From positions 1,302,001 to 1,366,000 of the forward strand of contig OZ025785.1 in assembly GCA_964019425.1 (NCBI GenBank): 64,000 bases of DNA, read 5' to 3'. The first letter of the stretch is position 1, and every line of letters begins with the position of its first letter. This document shows positions 40,257 through 51,679 of this stretch, one piece after another. The translations under genes were made by a program, and so were the position numbers. This stretch comes from Flectonema sp. DT1601. Taxonomy: Eukaryota. The notes under the pieces are model-generated. The model worked only from the letters and a program-made list of their open reading frames with translations. It ran no database searches and was not told where the DNA came from.

Positions 40257-40883
40257 ATGCCAGAAGACCAGTACACCACCTGGGAGGACGACGTCTGCTT
40301 AGGAGAGGTTGCCCCTTCCACTGAGTTGGCCGACTTCGTTCTCTACCCAGACAACGGTATGGACAGAATGGACCTTCACCCTGGTAAGGTCAACGTCGTC
40401 TACTTCATGTGCAAGTTCGAAAAGGGTGCCTACCTTTGTAACGAAGAGATGTCTTGCCTTCACGAGGAGTTAGGTAACGAAGTTCAGGTTGTTGCCCTCA
40501 GCACTGACCCTGACCGTGGTACCGTTGAGAAGTTCTTGGAGAGAAGTAAGAAGGGAGAGCTCACTGACCTGAACACTGGAAAGGCATTCCGTCTTGAAAT
40601 GCCTGTTGCTTGGGATGAGGGTAAGAAGACGTTCGGTATGTACCGTGCGTTGTGCGGTGGAAACTTGACCACTTACCACGCGTTCGTCGTTGACAGAGAA
40701 GGTAAGGTTGTGTGGCACCAGCAGTTCGCCCAGACTTGCCCACCATCAAAGACCAACTTTGTTGAGCAGGTAAAGAAGGTTGTTAAGGGAGAGGCAATTG
40801 AGTCCAACGGGCCAAAGCCAAAGAAGGAAAACGCTGGTGAGGACGACGAAGATGCCGAGGTTGATGACATGGCCCTCTTCTAG
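40257..40883 (+). CDS. Thioredoxin-fold redoxin/AhpC-TSA-like protein without a canonical CxxC
   Basis: LGEVAP...GKVNVVYF...VQVVALSTD...MPVAWD...HAFVVDREGKVVWH pattern; strong codon bias. Confidence 0.7.
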   Translation: MPEDQYTTWEDDVCLGEVAPSTELADFVLYPDNGMDRMDLHPGKVNVVYFMCKFEKGAYLCNEEMSCLHEELGNEVQVVALSTDPDRGTVEKFLERSKKGELTDLNTGKAFRLEMPVAWDEGKKTFGMYRALCGGNLTTYHAFVVDREGKVVWHQQFAQTCPPSKTNFVEQVKKVVKGEAIESNGPKPKKENAGEDDEDAEVDDMALF

Positions 40884-41304
40884 ATTTCAATATCTACCAC
40901 ATCACCACCAACACCATTACCGCACAACCACCATCACTGCTGAGGAAAATTCTGTTCTGGGGACAGAGGGGTACACTTTAAGGACGATATGCAGAGAAAT
41001 CTGTTCCTTTTCCCCTTTTCTTACCCTGTGCACTGTTACTTTTGTTGTTTCCCAAGAGAAAAGAGAAAAAAAAAAAAAAAAAAAAAAAAAAGGAAGAGAT
41101 GACATGTTCTTCAGAATGTTTAATTTTCTTCTCAAATCTTCACCGCATGAATTCTGCGTAGTTTTGTTGTCTTAATTTACTAGTGACTTTCAGGTAATAA
41201 AAAGGGATCAGGGGAAACACTAAATAAATTAAACAAAGCATTCAGACATGATGAATTAAAGTCGGTAGATTTATTTCCCAGATTATTTTAAAAAAAAAAA
41301 AAAA

Positions 41305-41874
41305 ATGTCGTTTTACACATTCATTGTCGGTGTCATCTTTTTTATAATTGGGCTACCCATGTTTATTGTCTTCACTCTGAGATGGAGGGACTCTGTAGAT
41401 TTTGAAGAGAATAGTACTTTGACTGATTGCACTGTGGTTAAGGTAAAGACGATCCAAACCTGCACAGATGACAATGGGGCTTACACCGGTACTAGATGGG
41501 GTTATAATGTAGAAGTACCTCTTTGTAATAATAAGAACCTTTACAGAGGTGATGACACCTGTAACGATGCTGCTATTTCACTCGGATCTACTCGTCTTTG
41601 CAGAGTTCACGATGACTGTGAAACTTTTAAGTGGAAACACCAAACTGAAGTTAATAAGAATGTCTCGTTTGTGGGTGCTGGAATCCTGGGGGTGTCGTTT
41701 GTTTTATTCGCTGTTGCGTTTTATTTGTGTTTGAAGAAAAAAAATAGTCATTCAACAACGAGGGTTACTGCTGCTCCAGAAGTAAGCAGTCCGAATGACA
41801 ACAAAGTGATGGACATCCCAAATAATAAAACCAACCCAACTTGTCCTGATGATTATTCTGACTCAGTGGTATGA
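41305..41874 (+). CDS. Two-TM protein with Cys-rich extracellular loop, copy 1
   Basis: 189 aa. TM-RW...C.V...C...WGYNV...C...YRGDD.C...C.VHDDC..FKW.H-TM pattern shared by six neighbouring ORFs. Confidence 0.85.
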   Translation: MSFYTFIVGVIFFIIGLPMFIVFTLRWRDSVDFEENSTLTDCTVVKVKTIQTCTDDNGAYTGTRWGYNVEVPLCNNKNLYRGDDTCNDAAISLGSTRLCRVHDDCETFKWKHQTEVNKNVSFVGAGILGVSFVLFAVAFYLCLKKKNSHSTTRVTAAPEVSSPNDNKVMDIPNNKTNPTCPDDYSDSVV

Positions 41875-42404
41875 AGACATTATTTATATTTATAGTGCGA
41901 TTATTCATAATGATTTTTTCTGAATGAAATTTAAAAAAAAAAAAAAAAAAAAATGGAAAGCAAGAAAATTTTCCCTATCCTTTTTTCCTTTTTCTGTATT
42001 TAAATAAAGGGCATTAAAATTCCTTTATTTTTTCCCCCTTTTAAAAGGGGGTACAACGGATAATATGATTCTAGTAATTATTATTATTATTATTATTATT
42101 ATTTTTTTATTTTTTATTATTATTTTTATTATTATTATGTTTTTTTCTCCCAAAGTTTTCCTTCATCTGTCATCTTGACAAGGATGTGGAAACTAACTTC
42201 AAAAAAAAAAAAAAAAAAAAAAAAAACATTTCTTTTTTTTTATCTCATTTAGTAGCTCTCAAAGAAGAGATCAGGTGCAGTTATATTCCGCCTTGTTTTT
42301 GTAACTTCCTAGGGTAGCGACTTGTACTTTCTAAGGGGTTGATACTTGTAAAAAAAAGTGTCCATTAAGATATTTCCTTCACAGTTTTAACTTTTAACAT
42401 AAAG

Positions 42405-43001
42405 ATGCGTCATAGTCGAGCTATTCTTGCATTTTTCGGTTGTGTAATGCTCATAATTGGGTTACCCGTATTTATTGTCTTCACTCTGAGATGGAGAAAC
42501 TCTGCAGATTTTGAATCGAACAGTACCTCGACTGAGTGCCGAGTAGTAAAAAGGAAGACTATTATGACTTGTAAAAGAGAAGATGGTGACTACCTTGGAA
42601 CACAGTGGGGATACAATGTCGAGGTAAGGTTTTGTAATAACAAAATACTTTACAGAGGTGATGATGAGTGCAATTACTCTGCTATTCCAGTTGGAGAGGT
42701 ACGTCCATGCAGAGTCCACGACAACTGTGACAGCTTCAAGTGGAATCACGCAACTGAAAAAAATAAAAACAGCTCATTCGTTGGTGCTGGATTCCTGGGG
42801 GTGTCGTTTGTTTTATTCGCAGTTGCATTTTATTGCCATTTGAGAAAGAAAAAAGTAGTGCCACCAACAACCACAAGGCAAACACCACACCAAACAAGTA
42901 ACCCAGATGATGTCGAATTGGAAATAAAAAGTGATCCCGAAATTATAGAGCCCGAGCAACCCACGAAGGGATGTCCCGATGATATGGACTCTGTAGTTTA
43001 G
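42405..43001 (+). CDS. Two-TM Cys-loop family protein, copy 2
   Basis: 198 aa; same family pattern. Confidence 0.85.
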   Translation: MRHSRAILAFFGCVMLIIGLPVFIVFTLRWRNSADFESNSTSTECRVVKRKTIMTCKREDGDYLGTQWGYNVEVRFCNNKILYRGDDECNYSAIPVGEVRPCRVHDNCDSFKWNHATEKNKNSSFVGAGFLGVSFVLFAVAFYCHLRKKKVVPPTTTRQTPHQTSNPDDVELEIKSDPEIIEPEQPTKGCPDDMDSVV

Positions 43002-43544
43002 GATTGTTTTTGTTTTGTAGTAAAGTTATATGAGACTTTGATTCTTTCATGTTTTTCTCTTGCCCTTCTGATCCATTTCTTTTGGGTCGATTTATTTACA
43101 ATAAAGGCGCTCTTCAGCTTTTTTATTCTCCCATATTTATCAAACACGTTTGATGATGTCTTTCTCTTGTTTTCTTTTGTAATATGAAAAGAAACTTTTC
43201 TTTCTTTCTTGTTCGTTGATTAAAATATTTGGGAATAAAAAAAATAAGAAAAGTAGTACTTTCATAAACCCTCGTGGTTGTATGAGTTTTATAATGTTTT
43301 TTTTTCTCCCAAGGTTTTCCTCCTGGTATCAGTATGTAGAAACTAACTAGGAAACTTCAAAAAAAAAAAAAAAAAAAAAAAAAACTTTTTTTATTTTATT
43401 TGGTAGCTCTCAAGATCAAATCAGGTGCAATTATGTTCCACCTTGTTTTTGTATCTTCCTAGAGTTCTTTCTAAGGGGTTGATACTTGTAAAAAAAAGTG
43501 TTAATTAGGACATTTTCTTCACAGTTTTAACTTTTAACATAAAG

Positions 43545-44144
43545 ATGCGTCATAGTCGAGCTATTCTTGTATTTTTTGCATGCGTAATGCTCATAATTGG
43601 GTTACCCGTATTTATTGTCTTCACTCTGAGATGGAGAGACTCTGTAGATTTTGAAGAGAATAGTACCTTGACTGATTGCCGAGTGGTACAAAGAAAGACC
43701 ATAAAGATCTGTGAAAACGAAGATTACACTTATAGAGGAACCACGTGGGGATACAATGTCGAGGTAAGGTTTTGTAATAACAAAATACTTTACAGAGGTG
43801 ATGATGGATGCAATTACTCTGCTATTCCAGTTGGAGAGGTACATCCATGCAGAGTCCACAACAACTGTGACAAGTTTAAGTGGAATCATGAAACTGAAAA
43901 AAATAAAAACGGCTCATTCGTTGGTGCTGGATTCCTGGGGGTATCGTTAGTTTTATTCGCAGTTGCATTTTATTGCCATTTGAGAAAGAAAAAAGTAGTG
44001 CCACCAACAACCATAAGGCAAACACCACACCAAACAAGCAACCCAGATAATGTCGGAGTGAAGGTGGAAGTAAAACGTGATCCCGAAATTATAGAGCCCG
44101 AGCAACCTACGAAGGGATGTCCCGATGATGGCTCCGTAGTTTAG
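43545..44144 (+). CDS. Two-TM Cys-loop family protein, copy 3
   Basis: 199 aa; closely similar to copy 2, including the upstream region. Confidence 0.85.
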   Translation: MRHSRAILVFFACVMLIIGLPVFIVFTLRWRDSVDFEENSTLTDCRVVQRKTIKICENEDYTYRGTTWGYNVEVRFCNNKILYRGDDGCNYSAIPVGEVHPCRVHNNCDKFKWNHETEKNKNGSFVGAGFLGVSLVLFAVAFYCHLRKKKVVPPTTIRQTPHQTSNPDNVGVKVEVKRDPEIIEPEQPTKGCPDDGSVV

Positions 44145-44172
44145 GATTTTTTTTTTTTTTTTTTTTTTTTTT

Positions 44173-45316
44173 GGGAAAAACTATAATTCCACAGAAAAAG
44201 TTTCTGAAACGTCCGATCTCAATACAAAAGTTTCCGAAATGGACAGCTATTTTTTTTATTTTTTATAACTTACTGTTAGTGCATTTCGGGGTCCCCATTG
44301 CCAAGGTCATGGAGCCTCCCGCATAAGGTAAGGGCATCCGACGAGATGAGTGAAATACACCGAACCTGGGTCTCGGCCTGACTGTGCCCCTGGATCCGCA
44401 TAGCTCGGTATAGGGATGGACGAATTTCGTGTAGAGAGACTTCTTCCCCGACTTATCAGCTTATAAACCATGAGTTCAGAGTGTATTAAAATACTAGAGG
44501 TGCATCATAAGCGTCAGATAGGAGACAAGAGAAATCCAACATCATGAATCTTTAGAAGAGTGATACAGTTCGGTATGTGTGCAGGGCCGGGTCACCTACG
44601 CAGAGACAAGTCTCCGCTACACGTCGTACCAACCAAGATGAGGTATCAGAGCGCGAAAACGAAGTATACATGATCAGCGGCCTAGGGCTTGACAAGAATA
44701 GCTGTGGAGTGGCGAAACCATTTAATGTTCTCAAGTCTGAGATCACCTCACTGAGCCACACAGTACTGTCGTTTCGGAGTTTCTGTGAAAGTAGCCCACG
44801 GAACACTTTTCTAAAGATTCAATCAGCCGAACTACTCCGCTACTGACTTTCACTTGATTAGCGAGCTACTAGTATATATTATTATGTCACCTGTTGAAAA
44901 GGGAGTACTAAGAGGTTGATTCAGGCCCTGCACGTATTAGTTGTAATTACGGTACCTGCCTTACCTTACTTTATTTCTTCCCTGGTTGAGAACCAACCCA
45001 TCTCAGCCGTCCCAGTGAACGAAGAAAAACTTTGTTTTCTTACCGAACAGCGAAAAAAAAAAAACACTTTCGGTGAATAGCGAAAGACAAACCTTCTCCG
45101 TTTACTGAGCAGCGAAAATGAAATTATTGGACCCTACCATTGCGAAAAAAAAAAGCTGTTCACTTGCGAAAGGTTTTTTTTGGGTGCAGGCAACTAGGCA
45201 ACTGAGAATATTTTGTAATATGTTTTTTTTTTTTTTCCTTTTGCTGTCCATTCGGAAACTTTTATGTTGAGATCGGATATTTCGGTAACATTTACGTGGA
45301 ATTAGAGGGTTTTCCC
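44173..45316. mobile_element. Non-autonomous TIR DNA transposon (MITE, Mutator-like) of about 1.14 kb
   Basis: Left end gggaaaaactataattccac...tccgatctcaatacaaaagtttccgaaatggacagc. The reverse complement of the right end reads gggaaaaccctctaattccac...tccgatctcaacataaaagtttccgaatggacagc, giving an imperfect TIR of about 75 bp. Poly-T on both sides is compatible with a TSD. No transposase ORF. Confidence 0.8.
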
Positions 45317-46418
45317 TTTTTTTTTTAAAAAAAAATATTTTATCGCTATTGTGAGAGGCTTTTGCTTTCTCCCATTTTTTTCATAATATTTGACGTCCTC
45401 GTCGATAGCACTCATCTTGTGTAGGGTAGGCTTATGTTGTTAGTAAGTTAAAATAAGCAGTTTCGTTTTGTATTTTGTTACGCACAAAACTCGTTGCCTT
45501 GTTTCAGTTATTCTTAAGCAATTATTCTGAGCTTGCTAATCCAAAAAATTAACAATTTTGTGTTGCGTCTGTTTTTAATATGCTGTGTTAAATTATTACT
45601 ATTAAAGTAGTATTTATAATAAAACATGGGAGTAATATTCTCAGTATATAAAAAAAAAAAAAAAAAACTCCAAATATTCAAAAAAAAAAAAAGCGACCGA
45701 AATCCTCCATTGGTGTACTCCATGTTTTCTTTTTTTTTTTTAAACCTCCTAGTCCCACAATAATATCAACACATACACACAGTTACCGTAGGTATGGATA
45801 TGCTTGATTAGACTGAGCATCAGCATCTCTCAGATTTTACCTGCCTTTCTAGTGATCACCTTTGACATGTTGGTAGCAGAGCTCACCATCTCACTAATAC
45901 TAAGCAACTCCTCCCTTTGATACTTCTGAGAAGTTCTTTGTTCATCTGCGGGAAGCTGCAGCATTCTTTTACTTATCTCTATTTTCTTTTTGTTCTCACT
46001 TTTTCTGTACTAAAATTAATGATACCAACTAACTATCGGTATTTCCACAGTCGGGAAAGATTTTTTAACTTTAGTCCGAAAACCAACCATTATTTGTTTG
46101 TTGTCCTACGGACTTTTGCATTTGATTGAAATCTTGTTTATTTTCTTTAATAAACTGATAACAATTAACGACACCTATCAGTCTATTCCACACGTGTATT
46201 ATGGAACAGCAGAACAATTGTGTTTTTTTATAACTTTTTCTTTAGTGCACTTTTTTTAATAATAAACTCGTATTCTATCTATAACGGTTTCTCACCGCAT
46301 TGTCTCCCCTTACTTTCTTCGCTGAAGATGGCTGGGTAGAGTAGCAACTAACTAGTACTTTCTAAGGGGTTGATACTTGTAAAAAAAAAATTGTTAATTT
46401 CGCAGTTTCAACACAAAG

Positions 46419-47006
46419 ATGGGAAAGATATCACTTAAAAGTCTTGATATATTTTTTAATTGCTCATTGTTCATAATTGGGTCATATGTATTTATTGTCT
46501 TCACTCTGAGATGGAGAAACTCTGCAGATTTTGAATCGAACAGTACCTCGACTGAGTGCCGAGTAGTAGAAAGGAACCAAATAATGGCCTGTGGACGACG
46601 AAAATACGGAAGAGGGTACAAATACGGTGCCGTAGTAAAATATTGTAATAACAAAATACTTTACAGAAGTGATAATGAGTGCAGTCGTCGTATTCCAGTT
46701 GGAGAGGTACGTCCATGCAGAGTCCACAACGACTGTGACAAGTTCAAGTGGAATAACGACAATACAATAAACATAACCGCCACGTTTGTTGGTGTTGGAT
46801 TACTGGTATTGTCTGTTTTATTTGCGATCACAATTTATCGCTGTTCGAGAAAGACAAAAGTAGTGCCATCAACAACCACAAGGCAAACACCACACCAAAC
46901 AAGTAACCCAGATGATGTCGAATTGGAAATAAAAAGTGATCCCGAAATTATAGAGCCCGAGCAACCCACGAAGGGATGTCCCGATGATATGGACTCTGTA
47001 GTTTAG
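46419..47006 (+). CDS. Two-TM Cys-loop family protein, copy 4
   Basis: 195 aa; C-terminus and 3' flank nearly identical to copy 2. Confidence 0.85.
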   Translation: MGKISLKSLDIFFNCSLFIIGSYVFIVFTLRWRNSADFESNSTSTECRVVERNQIMACGRRKYGRGYKYGAVVKYCNNKILYRSDNECSRRIPVGEVRPCRVHNDCDKFKWNNDNTINITATFVGVGLLVLSVLFAITIYRCSRKTKVVPSTTTRQTPHQTSNPDDVELEIKSDPEIIEPEQPTKGCPDDMDSVV

Positions 47007-47618
47007 GATTGTTTTTGTTTTGTAGTAAAGTTATATGAGACTTTGCTTCTTTCATGTTTTTCTCTTGCCCTTCTGATCCATTTCTTTTGGGTCGATTTAT
47101 TTACGATAGAGGCGCTCTTCAGCTTTTTTATTCTCCCATATTTATCAAACACGTTTGATGATGTCTTTCTCTTATTATTTTTGTAATATGAAAATAAAAT
47201 TTATTTTCTCTCTTGTTCGTTGATTGAAATATTTAAGTAGTATAAGATAACAACATATTCCGTCGTCTAAGATGTTACTGGTGACTATTAATACTAAATA
47301 TCGGTTCTTACGTTAAGGACCACTTTTGAAACTGATTTACAAGAAATTTAAAACAAAGTCCCCAGAACTTAACTAGTGTAATATTTCACTGTTTTTATTT
47401 TCTCAAATGCATCTTAATTATCTCATATACTAACTATTAATAATCCAAGTCCACCTTGCTCGCTGACGTCTTCAGAGGTTGATTGGCTGCAGGAAAAACT
47501 CATGCCTGAAAACTTCTATTTTAGTCAAAAAGCGTCCGAGTTTTCTATACACCCATCTTTTTTGTGAACATAGTATTTGGTTTCCTTCCAGGAAAAAAAA
47601 AAAAAATAAAAAAAGAAA

Positions 47619-48209
47619 ATGTTGTTTTGCGGCTCGGCATTTATGTGTTCCACCAGCGTGATCTTTTTCATAATTGGGTTACCCGTATTTATTGTCTTCA
47701 CTCTGAGATGGAGAGACTCTGTAGATTTTGAAGAGAATAGTACCTTGACTGGTTGCACTGTGGTGGGTATTAAGACGGTTAGGAAATGTATAGGTAAAGG
47801 GGGAAGCACTACCGGATATGAATGGGCGTATAATGTTCATGTTGCTTTATGTGATAATAAAATTCTCTACAGAGCTGATGATAATTGCAATGGGGAGGCA
47901 CTTCAAAATGGAACGACCCACTCTTGCAAAGTCCACAACGACTGTGACAGCTTCAAGTGGAATCACGACACAGAAGCGAATAAAAACAGCTCATTTATTG
48001 GTGCTGGGTTTTTAGCAGCGTCGTTCCTTGTTGCTGTTGGTGCTCTAATAATTGCTGTAAGAGATAGGGATATTTGTTTTTCAGCACTACCAGTGGCGCG
48101 AACTAACGTCAAAAAGATTAAACGACGACGGATCAAAAAGACCAAAGACACAGCTACGGAAAACAATACCATCACAAAAATGGATCCGGAGCCACTTGAA
48201 TGTGTCTGA
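47619..48209 (+). CDS. Two-TM Cys-loop family protein, copy 5
   Basis: 196 aa; family pattern with a distinct C-terminal tail. Confidence 0.85.
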   Translation: MLFCGSAFMCSTSVIFFIIGLPVFIVFTLRWRDSVDFEENSTLTGCTVVGIKTVRKCIGKGGSTTGYEWAYNVHVALCDNKILYRADDNCNGEALQNGTTHSCKVHNDCDSFKWNHDTEANKNSSFIGAGFLAASFLVAVGALIIAVRDRDICFSALPVARTNVKKIKRRRIKKTKDTATENNTITKMDPEPLECV

Positions 48210-48922
48210 GGTGGTAGACGCGTGTATTCTTTACTCTTTGTTATGTCTGTATTAACTAAGTCACTTTGTACTGCTTCTCTTAAAAGTCTTCGACTTGTTT
48301 TCCCATTGGTTCTGTCATCAATTTTTATTATTGACGTGTTTTATTCATTTTTATTCATTAAATCAAAAAAAAAAAAAAAAAAAAAAACGATTGCTATGCT
48401 ATTTCATTTTTTTGGTATTTGCATGGCTTTTTTTTTTTTTTTTTTTCACGGACGAAATCGGAGAAGCTATTCAGATTTAAAAAACCGTTATTTATTAAGT
48501 ATCCAAACGATCTCTTACACTGCCTGCTTCGTGCATGTGGTCGGTCCAGGTGTCGCGTTCTCCTGTTCAATTCAGGTCTCTTCTAGTCTCACCCATTATG
48601 GTTCCGGATAACTGGGACCCGACTTCGATTATCTATCTCCCCATGCTCCAGTAGTTATTACTGTCTGGGATCAACATATTAAGGCTTTTCTGAATGGTTT
48701 CTTTTTTTTTCGTTGCTAATAAGCAGCATCGACGATAACACCCTAACTTAGTTATCGTACTTTTTTTTTCTTTTAAATTTATGTATTAGTCAAATTAAAT
48801 CATTATGATGTACTATTCTTACAGGAAACACTATCTTAGAGGAGGGGTTTATCGCTTTCATTTTCTGGCCTATTCAGCATGGTACTTCTTTTTATTCTTT
48901 TACAGTTTTATTCTTAATAAAA

Positions 48923-49432
48923 ATGAATACTGTTGCCCCACATTTAACGGCAACAGCTAGTCTATTGATATGCTTGGTTGGTTCTCCTGTAACTGTTGTG
49001 TTCTATGTAAGGTGGGATGCGTCTAAGGAGTACGAGAGAAATAGTTTCATAGCTGACTGTATTGTTCTCAGATCGGAATCAGCTGAAAAGTGTCGCGGTA
49101 AGAGCGGAAACCACGTTGGAAACAGGTGGGGTTATAATGTTGTGATCCCTCTGTGTGGGAATGACACAATTTTATACAAATCAGACGATACTTGTAACCG
49201 CAATCCGATTCCTATAAATACAACTAAACAGTGCTGGGTAGAGAATGATTGTAGTCAGTTCAAATGGTCTCACAGTACAACTTACAATGTACGTGGGTTC
49301 ATTGCTGGACTTGTAGTCCTTTTTGTCTCTTTCGTGATGTTCTTGATTGGTGGATGTCTCTTCGTAAAGTCCTTAAAAGAAGAACGTTCACAGTTGGCTC
49401 GTCCTGTTACCTTTGAAATGGGAATGGTTTAG
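48923..49432 (+). CDS. Two-TM Cys-loop family protein, copy 6 (most divergent)
   Basis: 169 aa; retains RW, six Cys, WGYNV, DD.C and FKW.H. Confidence 0.8.
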   Translation: MNTVAPHLTATASLLICLVGSPVTVVFYVRWDASKEYERNSFIADCIVLRSESAEKCRGKSGNHVGNRWGYNVVIPLCGNDTILYKSDDTCNRNPIPINTTKQCWVENDCSQFKWSHSTTYNVRGFIAGLVVLFVSFVMFLIGGCLFVKSLKEERSQLARPVTFEMGMV

Positions 49433-50389
49433 TCTTTGAGCTCTTTGCAGTTATCTCTGCTACCTTTCGATTTTACATAACTGATGTTTTAGTTCGATTC
49501 TCTCAGTAGTCAATTTCTCTGTTGACATAATAAACCTTAACGGCATTTTCTCATCGAACTCTTATTACTTGCATATTCTTGTTCTTGTTCTTGGTTGCTG
49601 CTATTTTTCAACGGAGATGAAAGTTCGCAGTCTTCTGGTTTGGTGATGTTTTTTTTTTTTTTTAAAAATTTCTTTTTGTTGTTTTATTTTGTCTACAGGT
49701 GATGGTAACTGCACAACCGTTTTGTGTAGTTGCAATCACTTTTATATGATAACAATAAATAGCTACACACGTGAAGGTAATTCATACCTTCTAAATGTAT
49801 TTCTCCTATTGGTTTCTTATTGAGATAGCCACTGCTAACTCCCACTTGGCTTCAACTTACTAGCGAACCTATTGTGTTTATTCTGTTTCTTTTTTTTTTT
49901 TTAAAAAGTATTTTCTCTCATCAGGTTGTGAAGTGGTCAAGTTGGATGTTTTTCTTGATAATGCTCAGGAGGTCACACATTTCCTTTCGTAGTATGAAAC
50001 ACATGTGTGAAGAAGTGTTTTATATGTGGAATTCAAAAGTATCTTTTGGATTCGCTGCTATCAACTCCACCATCCCCCCAACCGGGTTGAATAGCGATTC
50101 ACTGAAGCTGTAACGGTCTTCGGGACATTAGCTCAACCCGAAGAATAGTATTTTTAGTATTGATTCAAAATTGATTCCTTTTTTTTTAAGGGTCTTGTTG
50201 AATTTGTATTTATCATCCTCACAAATTGTGGCCTCACATGAAACTGTAGTTTTTATTCATTCTGATCTTCAATTTTTAATTTTGATTTGGAAAATGATGT
50301 ATCCAATTTTATTAATAATGGACTCCGACTCTTTTGTCATTCAGAGTTAAATTAGAGTTTTATTTATAAACAGGTATACACACAACATT

Positions 50390-51424
50390 ATGAAGTGTTC
50401 CTTTTCAACTCCAGAGCAGCTCTCTCCCAACATCTGGAAGATTGTTCAGGATGACCCTTTTAAGCAATATCCACTTCTGTATGTGATTAGAGGTAAAGAT
50501 AAAATAATTTTAATTGATACTGGTTGTCCTGTCTCAGGATCAGAAACGACATACAGAGAGTTTATTGATGGTGAGCTAAACGCCGAAGGATTGCCTTATG
50601 AAGTGATATGCAGTCATGTTCACTTTGATCATGTTGGTGGGAATTGTCATTTTTGTAATGACCTGAAGGATAATGGAGAGCAGTATGGAAGGATTTTAAT
50701 GGGTGGTGCAAATATGACTTTTACTAATAATTATGAATTGAATTCGTTGGCGAGTGCGCAGGGAACTCGTGTGCCTGATTTCAAGGTCGATCAATGGTTG
50801 CAAGACGGAGATAAAATAACCGTAAACGGAGAAGACGACTATCTCGAAACCATATTCACACCTGGACACACTCCTGATTCAATCTGTTTATATTACGTCA
50901 AACAATCCCGTCTGTTTGTTGGAGACCTTATCTATCCATTTGCTGCTATCCACATCGACGGCTTAGGTAGTTCAGTCGCAGACTATCACGAATCTCTACT
51001 AAAACTAAAAAACAAATTAGGTAATGTCGCTCCCACAAATGACAACCAACAGCAAATCGACGACTTCTTTTCAGTAGTTGGTCTCACAGCTGAATCTGTT
51101 GCCAGGCAATTCAACGCATCACAACTACTTCTTGTGTGTGATAATAATGTTGAACACGCAGTAAATATGTACCTCACAAACCAAGATGAAATCAGTGCCA
51201 TGTGTCCCCCGATAATTGAAACAACAACAGGCTCTGACACAGGAGAGATTACACTGTCATGTGGACACGTTGAGTCTAACCTAAACTTCTCATCGATAAA
51301 TCAGGTTATTGGGTTACTTAATCAGGTTCAAGCTGGTATCATTATTCCGACTACTATTGATGATGGTTACGGAGAATACACTGATGGGACGTTTTCAATT
51401 ATGATGAAAATGCCAACGCTTTAA
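50390..51424 (+). CDS. Metallo-beta-lactamase-fold hydrolase with an inserted UBA-like domain
   Basis: LIDTG, HVHFDHVG, TPGHTPDS, FVGD and SCGH metal-binding motifs. QIDDFFSVVG...ASQLLLVCDNNVEHAVNMYL fits a UBA-like three-helix pattern. Confidence 0.85.
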   Translation: MKCSFSTPEQLSPNIWKIVQDDPFKQYPLLYVIRGKDKIILIDTGCPVSGSETTYREFIDGELNAEGLPYEVICSHVHFDHVGGNCHFCNDLKDNGEQYGRILMGGANMTFTNNYELNSLASAQGTRVPDFKVDQWLQDGDKITVNGEDDYLETIFTPGHTPDSICLYYVKQSRLFVGDLIYPFAAIHIDGLGSSVADYHESLLKLKNKLGNVAPTNDNQQQIDDFFSVVGLTAESVARQFNASQLLLVCDNNVEHAVNMYLTNQDEISAMCPPIIETTTGSDTGEITLSCGHVESNLNFSSINQVIGLLNQVQAGIIIPTTIDDGYGEYTDGTFSIMMKMPTL

Positions 51425-51679
51425 ATACTAACTCAAAAAAAAAAAAAAAACACAACAGAGTGTGACACCCCCCTTGCCACTTTTCGAACGTAGTTATAAA
51501 GCCCTACAGTACATTCTACGCTCTGTTGAATGGCAGTTTGTTAAATTTTTTCTTCTTACAGGTTTAGAAGATTGGTTAGGTTAGCATTGATTTAACATTA
51601 ATAAGAAGCGTCGTGTCACAAATGATATGATATTTTATTTATTATTATATTACAGAATAGATTTCTTTTTTCAGCATAA

